A stretch of 64,000 bases of DNA from Clostridia bacterium (GTDB taxonomy: Bacteria; Bacillota; Clostridia; Oscillospirales; CAG-272). The DNA is taken from NCBI GenBank assembly GCA_017454675.1, contig JAFTCN010000066.1, positions 1,579-65,578 of the forward strand. Direction: 5' to 3'. Shown piece after piece: positions 29,033-37,706 of this stretch (the first letter of the stretch is position 1; every line of letters starts with the position of its first letter). Position numbers and translations under genes: made by a program. Under the pieces are notes generated by a model. That model was not told the origin of the DNA and made no database searches. It saw nothing but the letters and a program-made list of their open reading frames with translations.

Positions 29033-29134
29033 ATGAAAAAGCCGGGACAGATCTATAATACCGGTTTTGCGCATATCATGAACGGGAACTCCTTCAATTG
29101 TGTAATAGAGACTACACATCATACAGCGGCGTAA
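29033..29134 (+). CDS. Small ORF, 33 aa (MKKPGQIYNTGFAHIMNGNSFNCVIETTHHTAA), unknown function
   Basis: Below the ORF-track size cutoff. An AGGAGGG RBS lies 8 nt upstream of the ATG, and a consensus TTGACA-17-TATAAT promoter about 55 nt upstream. It sits in a low-GC islet. Confidence 0.45.
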   Translation: MKKPGQIYNTGFAHIMNGNSFNCVIETTHHTAA

Positions 29135-29195
29135 ATTATGAAATATTCGTTGGGTATTATGCCGTAAGTGCCTGTACGGGGACATGGTGGGAAGA

Positions 29196-29648
29196 ATGAT
29201 GAAAAAGTGTATCTGTGTTCTTTTTGTTGTTTTGCTGTTTTTTACGTCATGCGATAGTATTAATCATATTGGAGACGAGAGTAGTTTTGAAAGCCAAACA
29301 AATGAAACAACAACTGTTATGAAAAACCCAATTGATTCCATTGAGTTGGAGCCGGACAGAACGGATCTGCCTGATTATTCTGTCCTTCAAAAACTCTCTG
29401 TTGGAATGACATTCACCGAAGCTCAATCCATCGCAGGAAAACCTCAAAGGAGGGAATCTCATATAATACCGGATGGTCCAGGATACTCTTCCGCCTCTAG
29501 TAAAATCTGTTACATTTATGACAGCTCGGACGGTCCATCTGTTCTTGTTTGTTATGCTTGGCACTCTCGCGATGACCTTTCAACATCCGCCTTATTTATC
29601 ACATATGTCCGACCGTTGTCAAGTGAACAAAGCGTTGTGAATCCTTAA
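29196..29648 (+). CDS. Small hypothetical lipoprotein
   Basis: MMKKCICVLFVVLLFFTSC signal peptide with lipobox. The mature part contains an LSVGMTFTEAQSIAGKP motif reminiscent of small SmpA/BLIP-like lipoprotein domains. Composition is low-GC. Confidence 0.6.
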   Translation: MMKKCICVLFVVLLFFTSCDSINHIGDESSFESQTNETTTVMKNPIDSIELEPDRTDLPDYSVLQKLSVGMTFTEAQSIAGKPQRRESHIIPDGPGYSSASSKICYIYDSSDGPSVLVCYAWHSRDDLSTSALFITYVRPLSSEQSVVNP

Positions 29649-29774
29649 AAACAACCCTGTACGGATCGCGAATTAAACTGAAAACACCATTATGGTAACC
29701 GGCGTTAAGTGCCCGTTTTTTGCCCGATGATCGCGGATATGACGTAAAAAACGGTCAAGAAATCGATTTTTCTG

Positions 29775-29803
29775 TTGCATTTTTCACGGGATTGTGATAT
29801 AAT
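29775..29803 (+). promoter_or_regulatory. Promoter of rpmE
   Basis: TTGCAT-17 nt-TATAAT with an extended -10 TGa. Confidence 0.6.
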
Positions 29804-29869
29804 AATTTGTAATTTGCGGCCGGAACGGCAAAATCCGTTCCGATACGGCCGCCGGAAAGGTGTACTGAC

Positions 29870-30088
29870 ATGAAAGAAGGAATCCATCCCAAATACGAGG
29901 AGGTCGTCATCCGCTGCGCCTGCGGCGAGACCCTGACGACCAGGTCCACGAACCCCAAAGGCGGAAAAGAGATCAAAGTCGAGATCTGCTCCAAGTGCCA
30001 TCCGTTCTTCACCGGCAAGCAGAAGCTGGTCGACGTCGGCGGCAGAGTTGACAGATTCAAAAAGAAACTCGAAGTCGCCAGGAAGTGA
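29870..30088 (+). CDS. rpmE: 50S ribosomal protein L31 (Zn-binding type A)
   Basis: [10 protein letters not shown]-terminus and Cys pairs [13 protein letters not shown]. 72 aa. Confidence 0.95.
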   Translation: MKEGIHPKYEEVVIRCACGETLTTRSTNPKGGKEIKVEICSKCHPFFTGKQKLVDVGGRVDRFKKKLEVARK

Positions 30089-30108
30089 CCTTTGGGCTGA
30101 AACCGTAC

Positions 30109-30142
30109 GGGCTGTCTCTCGTTAAGACAGCCCTTTCTTGTT
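30109..30142 (+). terminator. Intrinsic terminator after rpmE
   Basis: GGGCTGTCT-7 nt loop-AGACAGCCC followed by TTTCTTGTT. Confidence 0.75.
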
Positions 30143-30168
30143 CTCATACCGGAAGGAGAGACTAAAAT

Positions 30169-31485
30169 ATGATACTTGATATGCTGAAGAAAAAGAGCGG
30201 GCAGACCGGTGACTGCGCGGAGACCGGAGCGCTTCCGGCCGTGCTCGTGGGCATCGTGCCGCAGGGAGAGGCGGAAGCAGCCGAGAGCGAGCTGTCGCTC
30301 GCCGAACTGCGGCGTCTTGCCGATACGGCCGGAGCATATCCGGCGGCTGTCGTCACACAGCAGCGCGACACGCCCGACATACGCACCTGCGTGGGAAGCG
30401 GCAAGCTCGAGGAGATACGCGATCTCTGCCGCACGCTCGGCGCGGGGCTCGTCATATTCGACTGCGAGCTGTCTCCGTCACAGATAAGGAACATAGAGGA
30501 CTCGCTCGACGACGTGCGCGTCATCGACCGGCCGATGCTGATCCTCGACATCTTCGCCCTTCACGCCGAATCGGCCGAGGGCAAGCTCCAGGTAGAGCTG
30601 GCGCAGCTGAAATATACCGCGCCGCGACTTGCCGGCAAGGGCAAGGACCTGTCGAGGCTGGGAGGCGGGATCGGCACAAGGGGCCCCGGAGAGTCGAAGC
30701 TCGAGTCGGACAGGCGCCGCATCAGGCGCAGGATAACGTCACTCGAGGAGGAACTGCGCGGCCTCGAATCGAGGCGCGGAACGATGAGGACGGCGAGGAA
30801 CCGGAGCGGGATAACGCACTTCGCCGTAGTGGGTTACACTAACGCTGGAAAGTCGAGTCTCATGAACAGACTGACCGACGCCGGCATACCGGCAGAGGAC
30901 AAGCTCTTCAAGACCCTCGATCCCACCACGCGCCGCTTCACGCTGCCGGGCGGGAGCAAGGTGCTGCTCACCGACACCGTCGGATTCATCAGAAACCTCC
31001 CCCACCACCTCATCGCTGCGTTCTCGTCGACGCTCGAGGAGGCGGTGCAGGCCGACATGCTGCTCATAGTCGTCGATGCCTCAGACCCCGAGCACGAGTC
31101 TCAGCTGGCCGTCACCGAAGGCCTTCTCGACGAACTGGGCGCCAAAGACCGGCCGTCGGTCACCGTCTACAACAAGTGCGACAGGCTGCAGAGGCACGAA
31201 TATCCGGTAACGGCTGAGGACGGAGGGGACTGCCGCTCGGTATGCGTCTCCGCTCTCACCGGAGAGGGGATCGACAAACTGCTAGAGATCATGGAGAGCC
31301 TGATCAACGGCAGACGGTGCAGGATCCGCTGCAGGATACCCAACTCGAAGTCAGGGCTGCTGAACACGCTGTATTCGGGCGCCTCGGTTGAGGACGTGAG
31401 ATACGGCGACGAATACACCGAGGTGACAGCCTGCTGCGACAGCAGAGTCGCGGGACTGCTCGCCGAATACGCCGTAAGAGACTGA
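30169..31485 (+). CDS. hflX: GTPase HflX
   Basis: HflX N-domain (LQVELAQLKY, GGGIGTRGPGESKLESDRR). G motifs GYTNAGKSS, DTVGF and NKCD. Confidence 0.9.
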   Translation: MILDMLKKKSGQTGDCAETGALPAVLVGIVPQGEAEAAESELSLAELRRLADTAGAYPAAVVTQQRDTPDIRTCVGSGKLEEIRDLCRTLGAGLVIFDCELSPSQIRNIEDSLDDVRVIDRPMLILDIFALHAESAEGKLQVELAQLKYTAPRLAGKGKDLSRLGGGIGTRGPGESKLESDRRRIRRRITSLEEELRGLESRRGTMRTARNRSGITHFAVVGYTNAGKSSLMNRLTDAGIPAEDKLFKTLDPTTRRFTLPGGSKVLLTDTVGFIRNLPHHLIAAFSSTLEEAVQADMLLIVVDASDPEHESQLAVTEGLLDELGAKDRPSVTVYNKCDRLQRHEYPVTAEDGGDCRSVCVSALTGEGIDKLLEIMESLINGRRCRIRCRIPNSKSGLLNTLYSGASVEDVRYGDEYTEVTACCDSRVAGLLAEYAVRD

Positions 31486-31501
31486 CTGACTGACTGACTG
31501 A
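31481..31501 (+). repeat. (ACTG)5 tetranucleotide repeat containing the hflX stop codon
   Basis: ACTGACTGACTGACTGACTGA. TGA occurs at 31483, 31487, 31491, 31495 and 31499, so there is a stop in all three forward frames. Confidence 0.9.
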
Positions 31502-31525
31502 ACAGGGACCGGAGGACTGCCTGCC

Positions 31526-32212
31526 ATGGACACGGGAAGGGCAAAATACATTGCCGGACGCGAAGCGGACGCCTCGTCGCCCGATACGCTGCTCGCGCTC
31601 GCCGGAAGGGGCAGCTCGCACATCACCGACAGAAGATCCGATTTTTACGGCATCGCGGTGCCGGTATCCGGCGCCGGCGAGGCTCTGGACGTCATAGCCG
31701 GCATCAAAAAGGCGAATCCCGGCGCGCGGCACACCGCATACGCGTATATCGCTGCCGGGAGCAGGGGAACTGAAAAGAGATATTCCGACGACGGTGAACC
31801 GCAGGGGACCGCCGGCAGGCCTATGCTCGAGCTGCTCGAGCGGGCGGGGCTCGACGGAGCGCTCGTGGCCGTCACGAGGTATTTCGGCGGCATCCTGCTC
31901 GGTACGGGCGGGCTCTACAGAGCCTACAGCGGTGCCGCGGCTGAGGCGCTGAGCGACGCCGGCAGCGTCGTCATGAGAAAATACGCGCTCATGAGGGCCG
32001 AATTCGGATACGACGAGTGGGCGAGGACCGAGAAGTCCCTCCGGCCCGACATCTGCAGGATAATCGTCTGCGAGTATTCGTCTTCCGTAACGGTGAGCGC
32101 GGCGGTCACGCCGGAGGGAGCGGAGCGCTTCCGCGCGATCGTGTCCGACGTGACCTGCGGCAGATCGTCTCCCGGCATATCCGGGTACGGTTATTACTGT
32201 TTTACCGAATAA
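31526..32212 (+). CDS. yigZ: YigZ/IMPACT family protein
   Basis: HTAYAY, DDGEPQGTAGRPML and VTRYFGGILLGTGGL blocks. Confidence 0.8.
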   Translation: MDTGRAKYIAGREADASSPDTLLALAGRGSSHITDRRSDFYGIAVPVSGAGEALDVIAGIKKANPGARHTAYAYIAAGSRGTEKRYSDDGEPQGTAGRPMLELLERAGLDGALVAVTRYFGGILLGTGGLYRAYSGAAAEALSDAGSVVMRKYALMRAEFGYDEWARTEKSLRPDICRIIVCEYSSSVTVSAAVTPEGAERFRAIVSDVTCGRSSPGISGYGYYCFTE

Positions 32213-32291
32213 TTCCGGGGAAAAAGAGTATTTCGGGGGATCAGGCGCGTATAATATAGTGTAATGAGTTCAGAGGATCGGCGGTGATTTC

Positions 32292-34058
32292 TTGATACCG
32301 AGAGAGATAATTGAAGAAGTCACGAGAAGGACGGACCTCGTCGCTCTGGCCGGGAGCTACATCCAGCTGAAGAAGGCGGGTTCGAACTGGGTCGGCCTCT
32401 GTCCTTTTCATTCCGAGAACAGCCCGTCGTTCACCGTCTTCGGCGGCGGACAGGAAGGCTTCTACTGCTTCGGCTGCGGTGCCGGAGGAGACGCGATATC
32501 CTTCGTCAAAAGGATAGAGAACCTCGAATACCCCGAGGCGGTCGAATTACTTGCGGCGAGAGCGGGCATCGAGATACCGGAGGACGCGTCCGCCGCCCGT
32601 CGCCGCGGTCCCGACCGCTCACGCATACGGGAGATGAACAAGGAGGCAGCGGTATTCTTCCACTCCGTCCTTATGAATTCTCCGCAGGCCGCAGAGGCGA
32701 GGGAATACCTTGCGAAGAGGAAGATAGGAACGCCGGCGATACGCCGCTTTTATCTCGGATACAATCCGGCTGACGGATACGCCCTTCGCGATCATCTCGC
32801 GTCGAAGGGCTACACGCCGGAGGAGATGACGGCAGGATTCCTGTGCGGAAGGAGCCAGGGCGGAAGGATATACGACTATTTCAGGGACAGAGTCATGTTC
32901 CCGATAGTCGACACTTCGCGCAATATCGTGGCATTCGGAGGAAGGGTCATGGGCGACATCAAGCCCAAGTACCTCAACACATCCGACACGCCCGCGTTCA
33001 ACAAGAGCAAGACGCTCTTCGCGCTGAATTACGCCAAGGACTTCTGCTCCGATTCGCTGATCCTCTGCGAGGGATATATGGACGTCATATCGATGCACCA
33101 GGCGGGCTTCCAGAACGCCGTCGCGACCCTCGGCACCGCGATCACCGAAGAACACGCGAGGATCATCTCTAGATACACGAAAAAGGTAATCCTGTCGTAC
33201 GATTCCGACGAAGCCGGGACCGCCGCCACGGCAAAGGCCATGAAGCGGCTGGGGGCCGTCGGAGTCGAGGTGAGGGTGCTTCGGATCGAAGGAGCGAAAG
33301 ACCCCGACGAATACATCGTCAAATACGGAGCCGACTCCTTCCGAAGGCTGCTCGAAGACAGCCTGACCGGCTTCGACTACAGGCTCGGGAAGATCATGTC
33401 CGGCATTAACCCCGACATACCCGAGGATAGGCTGAAGGCCGCGGGAGAGGCCGCGAAACTCATCGCGGGATACGGTTCGGCTGTGGTCAGGGACACATAT
33501 GTCGCGAAGGCCGCCGGACTGCTGTCGGTAAAGCCCGATTCGCTCGCATCCGATGTCGCGAGAGAGCGGCGCAGGGCGGCAAGGAGGCAGGAGCGCGAGG
33601 AGAGCGAGAACGCGATCTCCGCGGCGCAGTACCTCGGCGACAGGGTGAATCCCGAGTCTGCCGGCAACATCAGGGCAGCCGCGGCCGAAGATACCGTGCT
33701 CGGCATGATGCTGATGTACGACGAATACAGGCAGGCGGCGGCCGGCGGGGCCGTCAGGCTGACCGAGGACGATTTTTACACATCTTTCGGAAAGAAGATC
33801 TTCTCGCTGATCATCGGACTGCAGAAGTCTGACGGCGGGTTCTCGTTCCCCGTGCTGGCGTCGGAACTTACCGACGATGAGACAGGCAGGCTCGAGGGCT
33901 GCAGGGTAAGACGGGCAGGCCTGGAGAACAGCATGGGAATATTCGAGTCGGCGGCGTCGGTGCTGGCCGGCGAGAGCGAGGCGAAGCGCAGGGGAGCGGA
34001 ACATCTTTCCCTCGACGAGATACTCCGCAGAAAGCGCGAGGGTACCGGATTCCGCTGA
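32292..34058 (+). CDS. dnaG: DNA primase
   Basis: Zinc-ribbon CPFHSENSPSF..CFGCG, TOPRIM EGYMDV..DSDEAG. TTG start. It is followed by sigA, the classic order. Confidence 0.9.
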   Translation: MIPREIIEEVTRRTDLVALAGSYIQLKKAGSNWVGLCPFHSENSPSFTVFGGGQEGFYCFGCGAGGDAISFVKRIENLEYPEAVELLAARAGIEIPEDASAARRRGPDRSRIREMNKEAAVFFHSVLMNSPQAAEAREYLAKRKIGTPAIRRFYLGYNPADGYALRDHLASKGYTPEEMTAGFLCGRSQGGRIYDYFRDRVMFPIVDTSRNIVAFGGRVMGDIKPKYLNTSDTPAFNKSKTLFALNYAKDFCSDSLILCEGYMDVISMHQAGFQNAVATLGTAITEEHARIISRYTKKVILSYDSDEAGTAATAKAMKRLGAVGVEVRVLRIEGAKDPDEYIVKYGADSFRRLLEDSLTGFDYRLGKIMSGINPDIPEDRLKAAGEAAKLIAGYGSAVVRDTYVAKAAGLLSVKPDSLASDVARERRRAARRQEREESENAISAAQYLGDRVNPESAGNIRAAAAEDTVLGMMLMYDEYRQAAAGGAVRLTEDDFYTSFGKKIFSLIIGLQKSDGGFSFPVLASELTDDETGRLEGCRVRRAGLENSMGIFESAASVLAGESEAKRRGAEHLSLDEILRRKREGTGFR

Positions 34059-34190
34059 TCCCGGTCCCCACCGTGACACCCGACGCCACCGGCGGAGGCG
34101 GTCAGGTGTACGGATCTTTACAGTACAGAAAAGAAATAATAATAACGGCGCTGTGCCGGAGCGGATACCGTCCGGCCGCGCGCGGGAGGC

Positions 34191-35426
34191 ATGGAAAAGA
34201 TGAACAGAGACTCTGAAAACGAAGGAAAAGAAGCCATGAGCGATATGTCGTTCGATAACGTAAAGGGCAGGAAGCAGAAGGACATCGATCCCGATGACAT
34301 GATCGAGGAGCCGAACGAGGCCGACCTCGCGGCGGTAGACGAAGAGGATCCGTCGGATCTCGACTCCGACCTTGACGTCGGCGTCGACGACGTCGATCCC
34401 GACGTCGATCCCGACGTCGATCCGGACGAGGACGAAGACGACGATGACGGCGAGCGCGATCCCGACGACGAAGAGCCCGACGACGGCGAATTCGGCGACG
34501 ATATGTCGCAGGATGACTACGATTCGCTTGATTTCGGCGACGCCGACGACCTGGAGAAGATGCTCGAATCGGAGGGCATCCAGATCGATGACCCCGTCAG
34601 GATGTACCTCAAGGAGATCGGACGCGTCGATCTGCTCACTTCCGAGCAGGAGTACGAGTGCGCCATCGCGATGAACAACCCCGAGCTGACGGAGGAGGAG
34701 CGCAAGGCCGCCAAGGACAAGCTGGTCGTCGCGAACCTCAGGCTCGTCGTGTCGATCGCGAAGAGGCATGTCGGAAAGGGCATGTTCTTCCTCGACCTCA
34801 TCCAGGAGGGCAACCTCGGTCTTATGAAGGCTGTCGAGAAATTCGATCCGGAAAAGGGATACAAGTTCTCCACGTACGCCACATGGTGGATCAGGCAGGC
34901 GATCAACCGCGCCATAGCCGACCAGGCGAGGACGATCAGGATCCCCGTACACATGGTCGAGACGATCCACAAGGTCTCGAGATATCAGCGCCAGATGCTC
35001 CAGGAGCTCGGTCGCGAGGCCACAGCCGAGGAGCTCGCCGAGAAGATGAGCATGACGCCCGAGAAGGTCAGGGAGACGCTCAAGATCGCACAGGAGCCCG
35101 TATCGCTCGAGACTCCTATCGGCGAGGAGGAGGACAGCCATCTCGGCGACTTCATCCCCGACGACGAAACGCCCGCCCCCGCAGAAGCGGCGTCCGCCAA
35201 TATACTCCGCCAGGTGCTCGAGAAGCAGCTCCACACCCTCACACCGCGGGAGGAGCATGTCATAAAGCTCCGCTTCGGGCTCTACGACGGCCGCTGCCGT
35301 ACGCTCGAGGAGGTCGGCAAGGAGTTCGACATCACCAGAGAGCGCATAAGGCAGATCGAGGCCAAGGCGATAAGAAAGCTCCGCCATCCCAGCCGCAAGA
35401 GCTACCTCACAGGATATTACGACTGA
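34191..35426 (+). CDS. sigA: Primary RNA polymerase sigma factor (SigA/RpoD)
   Basis: Region 2 [10 protein letters not shown] and region 4.2 [28 protein letters not shown]. The acidic N-terminal region contains a DVDP repeat. Confidence 0.95.
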   Translation: MEKMNRDSENEGKEAMSDMSFDNVKGRKQKDIDPDDMIEEPNEADLAAVDEEDPSDLDSDLDVGVDDVDPDVDPDVDPDEDEDDDDGERDPDDEEPDDGEFGDDMSQDDYDSLDFGDADDLEKMLESEGIQIDDPVRMYLKEIGRVDLLTSEQEYECAIAMNNPELTEEERKAAKDKLVVANLRLVVSIAKRHVGKGMFFLDLIQEGNLGLMKAVEKFDPEKGYKFSTYATWWIRQAINRAIADQARTIRIPVHMVETIHKVSRYQRQMLQELGREATAEELAEKMSMTPEKVRETLKIAQEPVSLETPIGEEEDSHLGDFIPDDETPAPAEAASANILRQVLEKQLHTLTPREEHVIKLRFGLYDGRCRTLEEVGKEFDITRERIRQIEAKAIRKLRHPSRKSYLTGYYD

Positions 35427-35464
35427 CCGCCTCTGTGAATTTTGCGTGTACCGGCAAATCACTA

Positions 35465-35493
35465 TTGACTTTTCGGAAGGAATAGTGTAAAAT
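35465..35493 (+). promoter_or_regulatory. Promoter of the SBP-like lipoprotein gene
   Basis: TTGACT-17 nt-TAAAAT. Confidence 0.45.
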
Positions 35494-35538
35494 ATATTAT
35501 AATCTACCTCATTATATCCAGCGGGAGGAATTCAGTAA

Positions 35539-37389
35539 ATGAATAAACGCTTGATCAGTCTTATTCTATCGGCTGCTATGCTCGTAGGCGTACTGCTTAC
35601 CGGTTGTTCGCAGGAAGAACCGGTTGATCCCAACGCGCCTACGAAACAGCTCGCGTCAGCCAGCGCCAAGACGGTGTCGATGTATGTCGTGACCGAGAAC
35701 GATGTCTCGGAAGAGACCGCGGCCAAAGTCACAGACGCGTTCAACCAGATCACCAAGGCGAAATTCAAGACGAGAGTAGTCCTTCATTTCTATACATATG
35801 ACAATTATTACACGGCCATAGAGAAGGTCATTGCTGACAACGCCGCCCGTGAGGCTATGAAGGAAGAGCACCAGAAGGCTCTCAAGGCCGCAAAGGCGGA
35901 GGCTAAGGCTGAAGAGATTCCCACCGATTCCGAGTGGTTCGATCAGTTCTACATCAAACATCCGGAATACGCCGAGTTCAGAGAGACCCAGGAGCTCACC
36001 GGTGAAGACACCACCGCCGAAGAGACCGAGACGATGGCGATCTCTGGCACCGAGAACTTCTTTATCACTTCGGTCAAGTATCCGGAGGAGAAGGTCGGTC
36101 AGCTCGACATCATCTGGATCGACAGCTACGACAGATATATGGACTACATAGGCAGGGAATGGCTGTCCAGACTAGACGACGAACTCACCGCCTCGTCCAA
36201 GAAACTCAAGGAGTATATCTCTCCCGAGCTTCTCGCGTGGGCAAAATGGGCCGGCAGCGGCACTTACGCGATCCCGAACAACTGCGTCGTGGGTGAGTAC
36301 ACCTACATGCTCCTCAACAAGAAGTATGTCGACAAGTACAACTACGATCCCGCGACGATGAGCAATCTTGCCTCGACCGATACCGCGAGCTACCTTGCCG
36401 ATATCGCGAAATACGAGCCGTCGCTCATCCCGATCGTCGGCGAACTTCCGGTGACCAATACCATATACTGGAATTATAACGAGGAGACCCGCGCGATCGA
36501 CACCGATAAGTTCTGCATCCTCGGCGAGTACTACAGTTCGGCAAGGACGATAGATCCTTCGGTCACGACCAACATGCCGATCTCGGCGAGAAACCTCTTC
36601 GGTGTATCCTACTACACCGACCAGCTGATGAACATCCAGCGCTACAAGGATGCCGGCTATATCCGCACCGACGTGCCCGTCGACACCGAGTGCGCCCTCA
36701 AGGTAGTAAAGGGCGGCAAGGAGCTCGAGTCCAAATACAGCGACGATTACTACATCAATGTGCTCGAGTACCCGAGGATCTCCGAGGCCAACGTGTTCAA
36801 CAGCATGTTCGCCGTATCCTCCTTCACCAACAGTCTGTCCAGATCGATGGAGATAGTCACCTATCTCAACACCAACGCCGATCTTCGCAACGTGCTCCAG
36901 TACGGCGTCGAGGGAGTCCATTACAAAGTCAAAGCCGACGGCACCGTCGAGCGCCTCAACCACGACTATATGATGAACATCCTCAACACCGGAAACGTCT
37001 TCATTGCGCACCCCGAGGAGAACGCCGATCCCAAAATCTGGGAGTACGGAAAGCTTCAGAATCTTGAGATCAAGTCCGAACTCCTAAACTGCTTCAGAGT
37101 TCCCGAGAAATACCTCGTGCCGCCTGAAGGGGAAGTCAAGGAGGACGAAAAGGTTCAGCTTCTCGATCTCGACCAGCTGAAGACCATCCTCGACGCCAGC
37201 AAGGAAGTCGAGGAGAAACTCAAGAACGTCAAGAACGCGGCTGAACTCGAAGCACTCATCAGTTCTACCGCCGGAATGCTCACGAACGCCATAAGGACGC
37301 ACTCGAGGAGCACGGAGGAAAAAGGTCTCTACTACATCTACTACAACTGGATGCAGGATACGCAGCTCTACATACCGAGCGAAGACTGA
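35539..37389 (+). CDS. Large lipoprotein, extracellular solute-binding-protein-like (LplA/LipO-type), orphan
   Basis: LLTGC lipobox. A 616-aa body has SBP-like blocks (DIIWIDSYD, GTYAIPNN, LLNKKYVDKYNYD). No permease or ATPase genes are adjacent. Confidence 0.55.
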   Translation: MNKRLISLILSAAMLVGVLLTGCSQEEPVDPNAPTKQLASASAKTVSMYVVTENDVSEETAAKVTDAFNQITKAKFKTRVVLHFYTYDNYYTAIEKVIADNAAREAMKEEHQKALKAAKAEAKAEEIPTDSEWFDQFYIKHPEYAEFRETQELTGEDTTAEETETMAISGTENFFITSVKYPEEKVGQLDIIWIDSYDRYMDYIGREWLSRLDDELTASSKKLKEYISPELLAWAKWAGSGTYAIPNNCVVGEYTYMLLNKKYVDKYNYDPATMSNLASTDTASYLADIAKYEPSLIPIVGELPVTNTIYWNYNEETRAIDTDKFCILGEYYSSARTIDPSVTTNMPISARNLFGVSYYTDQLMNIQRYKDAGYIRTDVPVDTECALKVVKGGKELESKYSDDYYINVLEYPRISEANVFNSMFAVSSFTNSLSRSMEIVTYLNTNADLRNVLQYGVEGVHYKVKADGTVERLNHDYMMNILNTGNVFIAHPEENADPKIWEYGKLQNLEIKSELLNCFRVPEKYLVPPEGEVKEDEKVQLLDLDQLKTILDASKEVEEKLKNVKNAAELEALISSTAGMLTNAIRTHSRSTEEKGLYYIYYNWMQDTQLYIPSED

Positions 37390-37404
37390 TAATCTGTAAA
37401 TCAC

Positions 37405-37432
37405 ACGCCCGGCGGGGTCACCCGCCGGGCGT
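37405..37432. terminator. Perfect 12-bp GC hairpin after the SBP-like lipoprotein gene
   Basis: ACGCCCGGCGGG-gtca-CCCGCCGGGCGT. No U-tract follows. Confidence 0.45.
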
Positions 37433-37502
37433 ATAACATGTCAGCCATGCATGCGGTCGCCGGGCAGTCAGGATCGCCGGCGCCCGGAAGCGTGGAACGG
37501 AC

Positions 37503-37706
37503 GGAAGAGTGAAGAGTAAGAGTGAAGAGTAAAAAGTGAATAGTGAATAGTGAAGAGTGAAAAGTGAAGAGGGAGGAATGAATTGGGAAGAGTGAAGTGG
37601 AAATATGATAGAGGAAAGATGATAGAGTAAAGATGATAGAGGAAAGATGATAGAGGAAAGTGGAAAGAGGAGATAGAAAAGAGGAAAGGTAAGAATAAAT
37701 GAAGAT
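37503..37706 (+). repeat. Cytosine-free tandem heptamer array (~26 units; AGTGAAG type, then a 14-mer ATGATAGAGGAAAG x4)
   Basis: Hand parsing. There is no C on the + strand from 37503 to 37706. Units are AGTGAAG, AGTAAG, AGTGAAG, AGTAAAA, AGTGAAT x2, AGTGAAG, AGTGAAA, AGTGAAG, AGGGAGG and so on, then ATGATAG/AGGAAAG alternating from 37605 to 37660. The array runs into ATG 37699. Confidence 0.9.

Noticed and set aside
28807-29185. Track ORFs 28807..29058 (+, 83 aa) and 28991..29185 (-, 64 aa) in the low-GC islet.
   Set aside because: Neither has an RBS, and they overlap the consensus promoter and the better-supported 33-codon ORF. The translations have no recognisable features.
32619-35462. 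947-aa reverse-strand ORF spanning dnaG and sigA. Similar long antisense ORFs occur at 2633..4216 (+), 7417..8634 (-), 11094..12077 (-), 51540..53108 (-), 57763..58896 (-), 59080..60096 (-) and 49775..50779 (+).
   Set aside because: They lie opposite genes with unmistakable family motifs. Their translations are Arg/Gly/Asp/His-rich low-complexity sequence, typical of stop-poor shadow frames in high-GC DNA.
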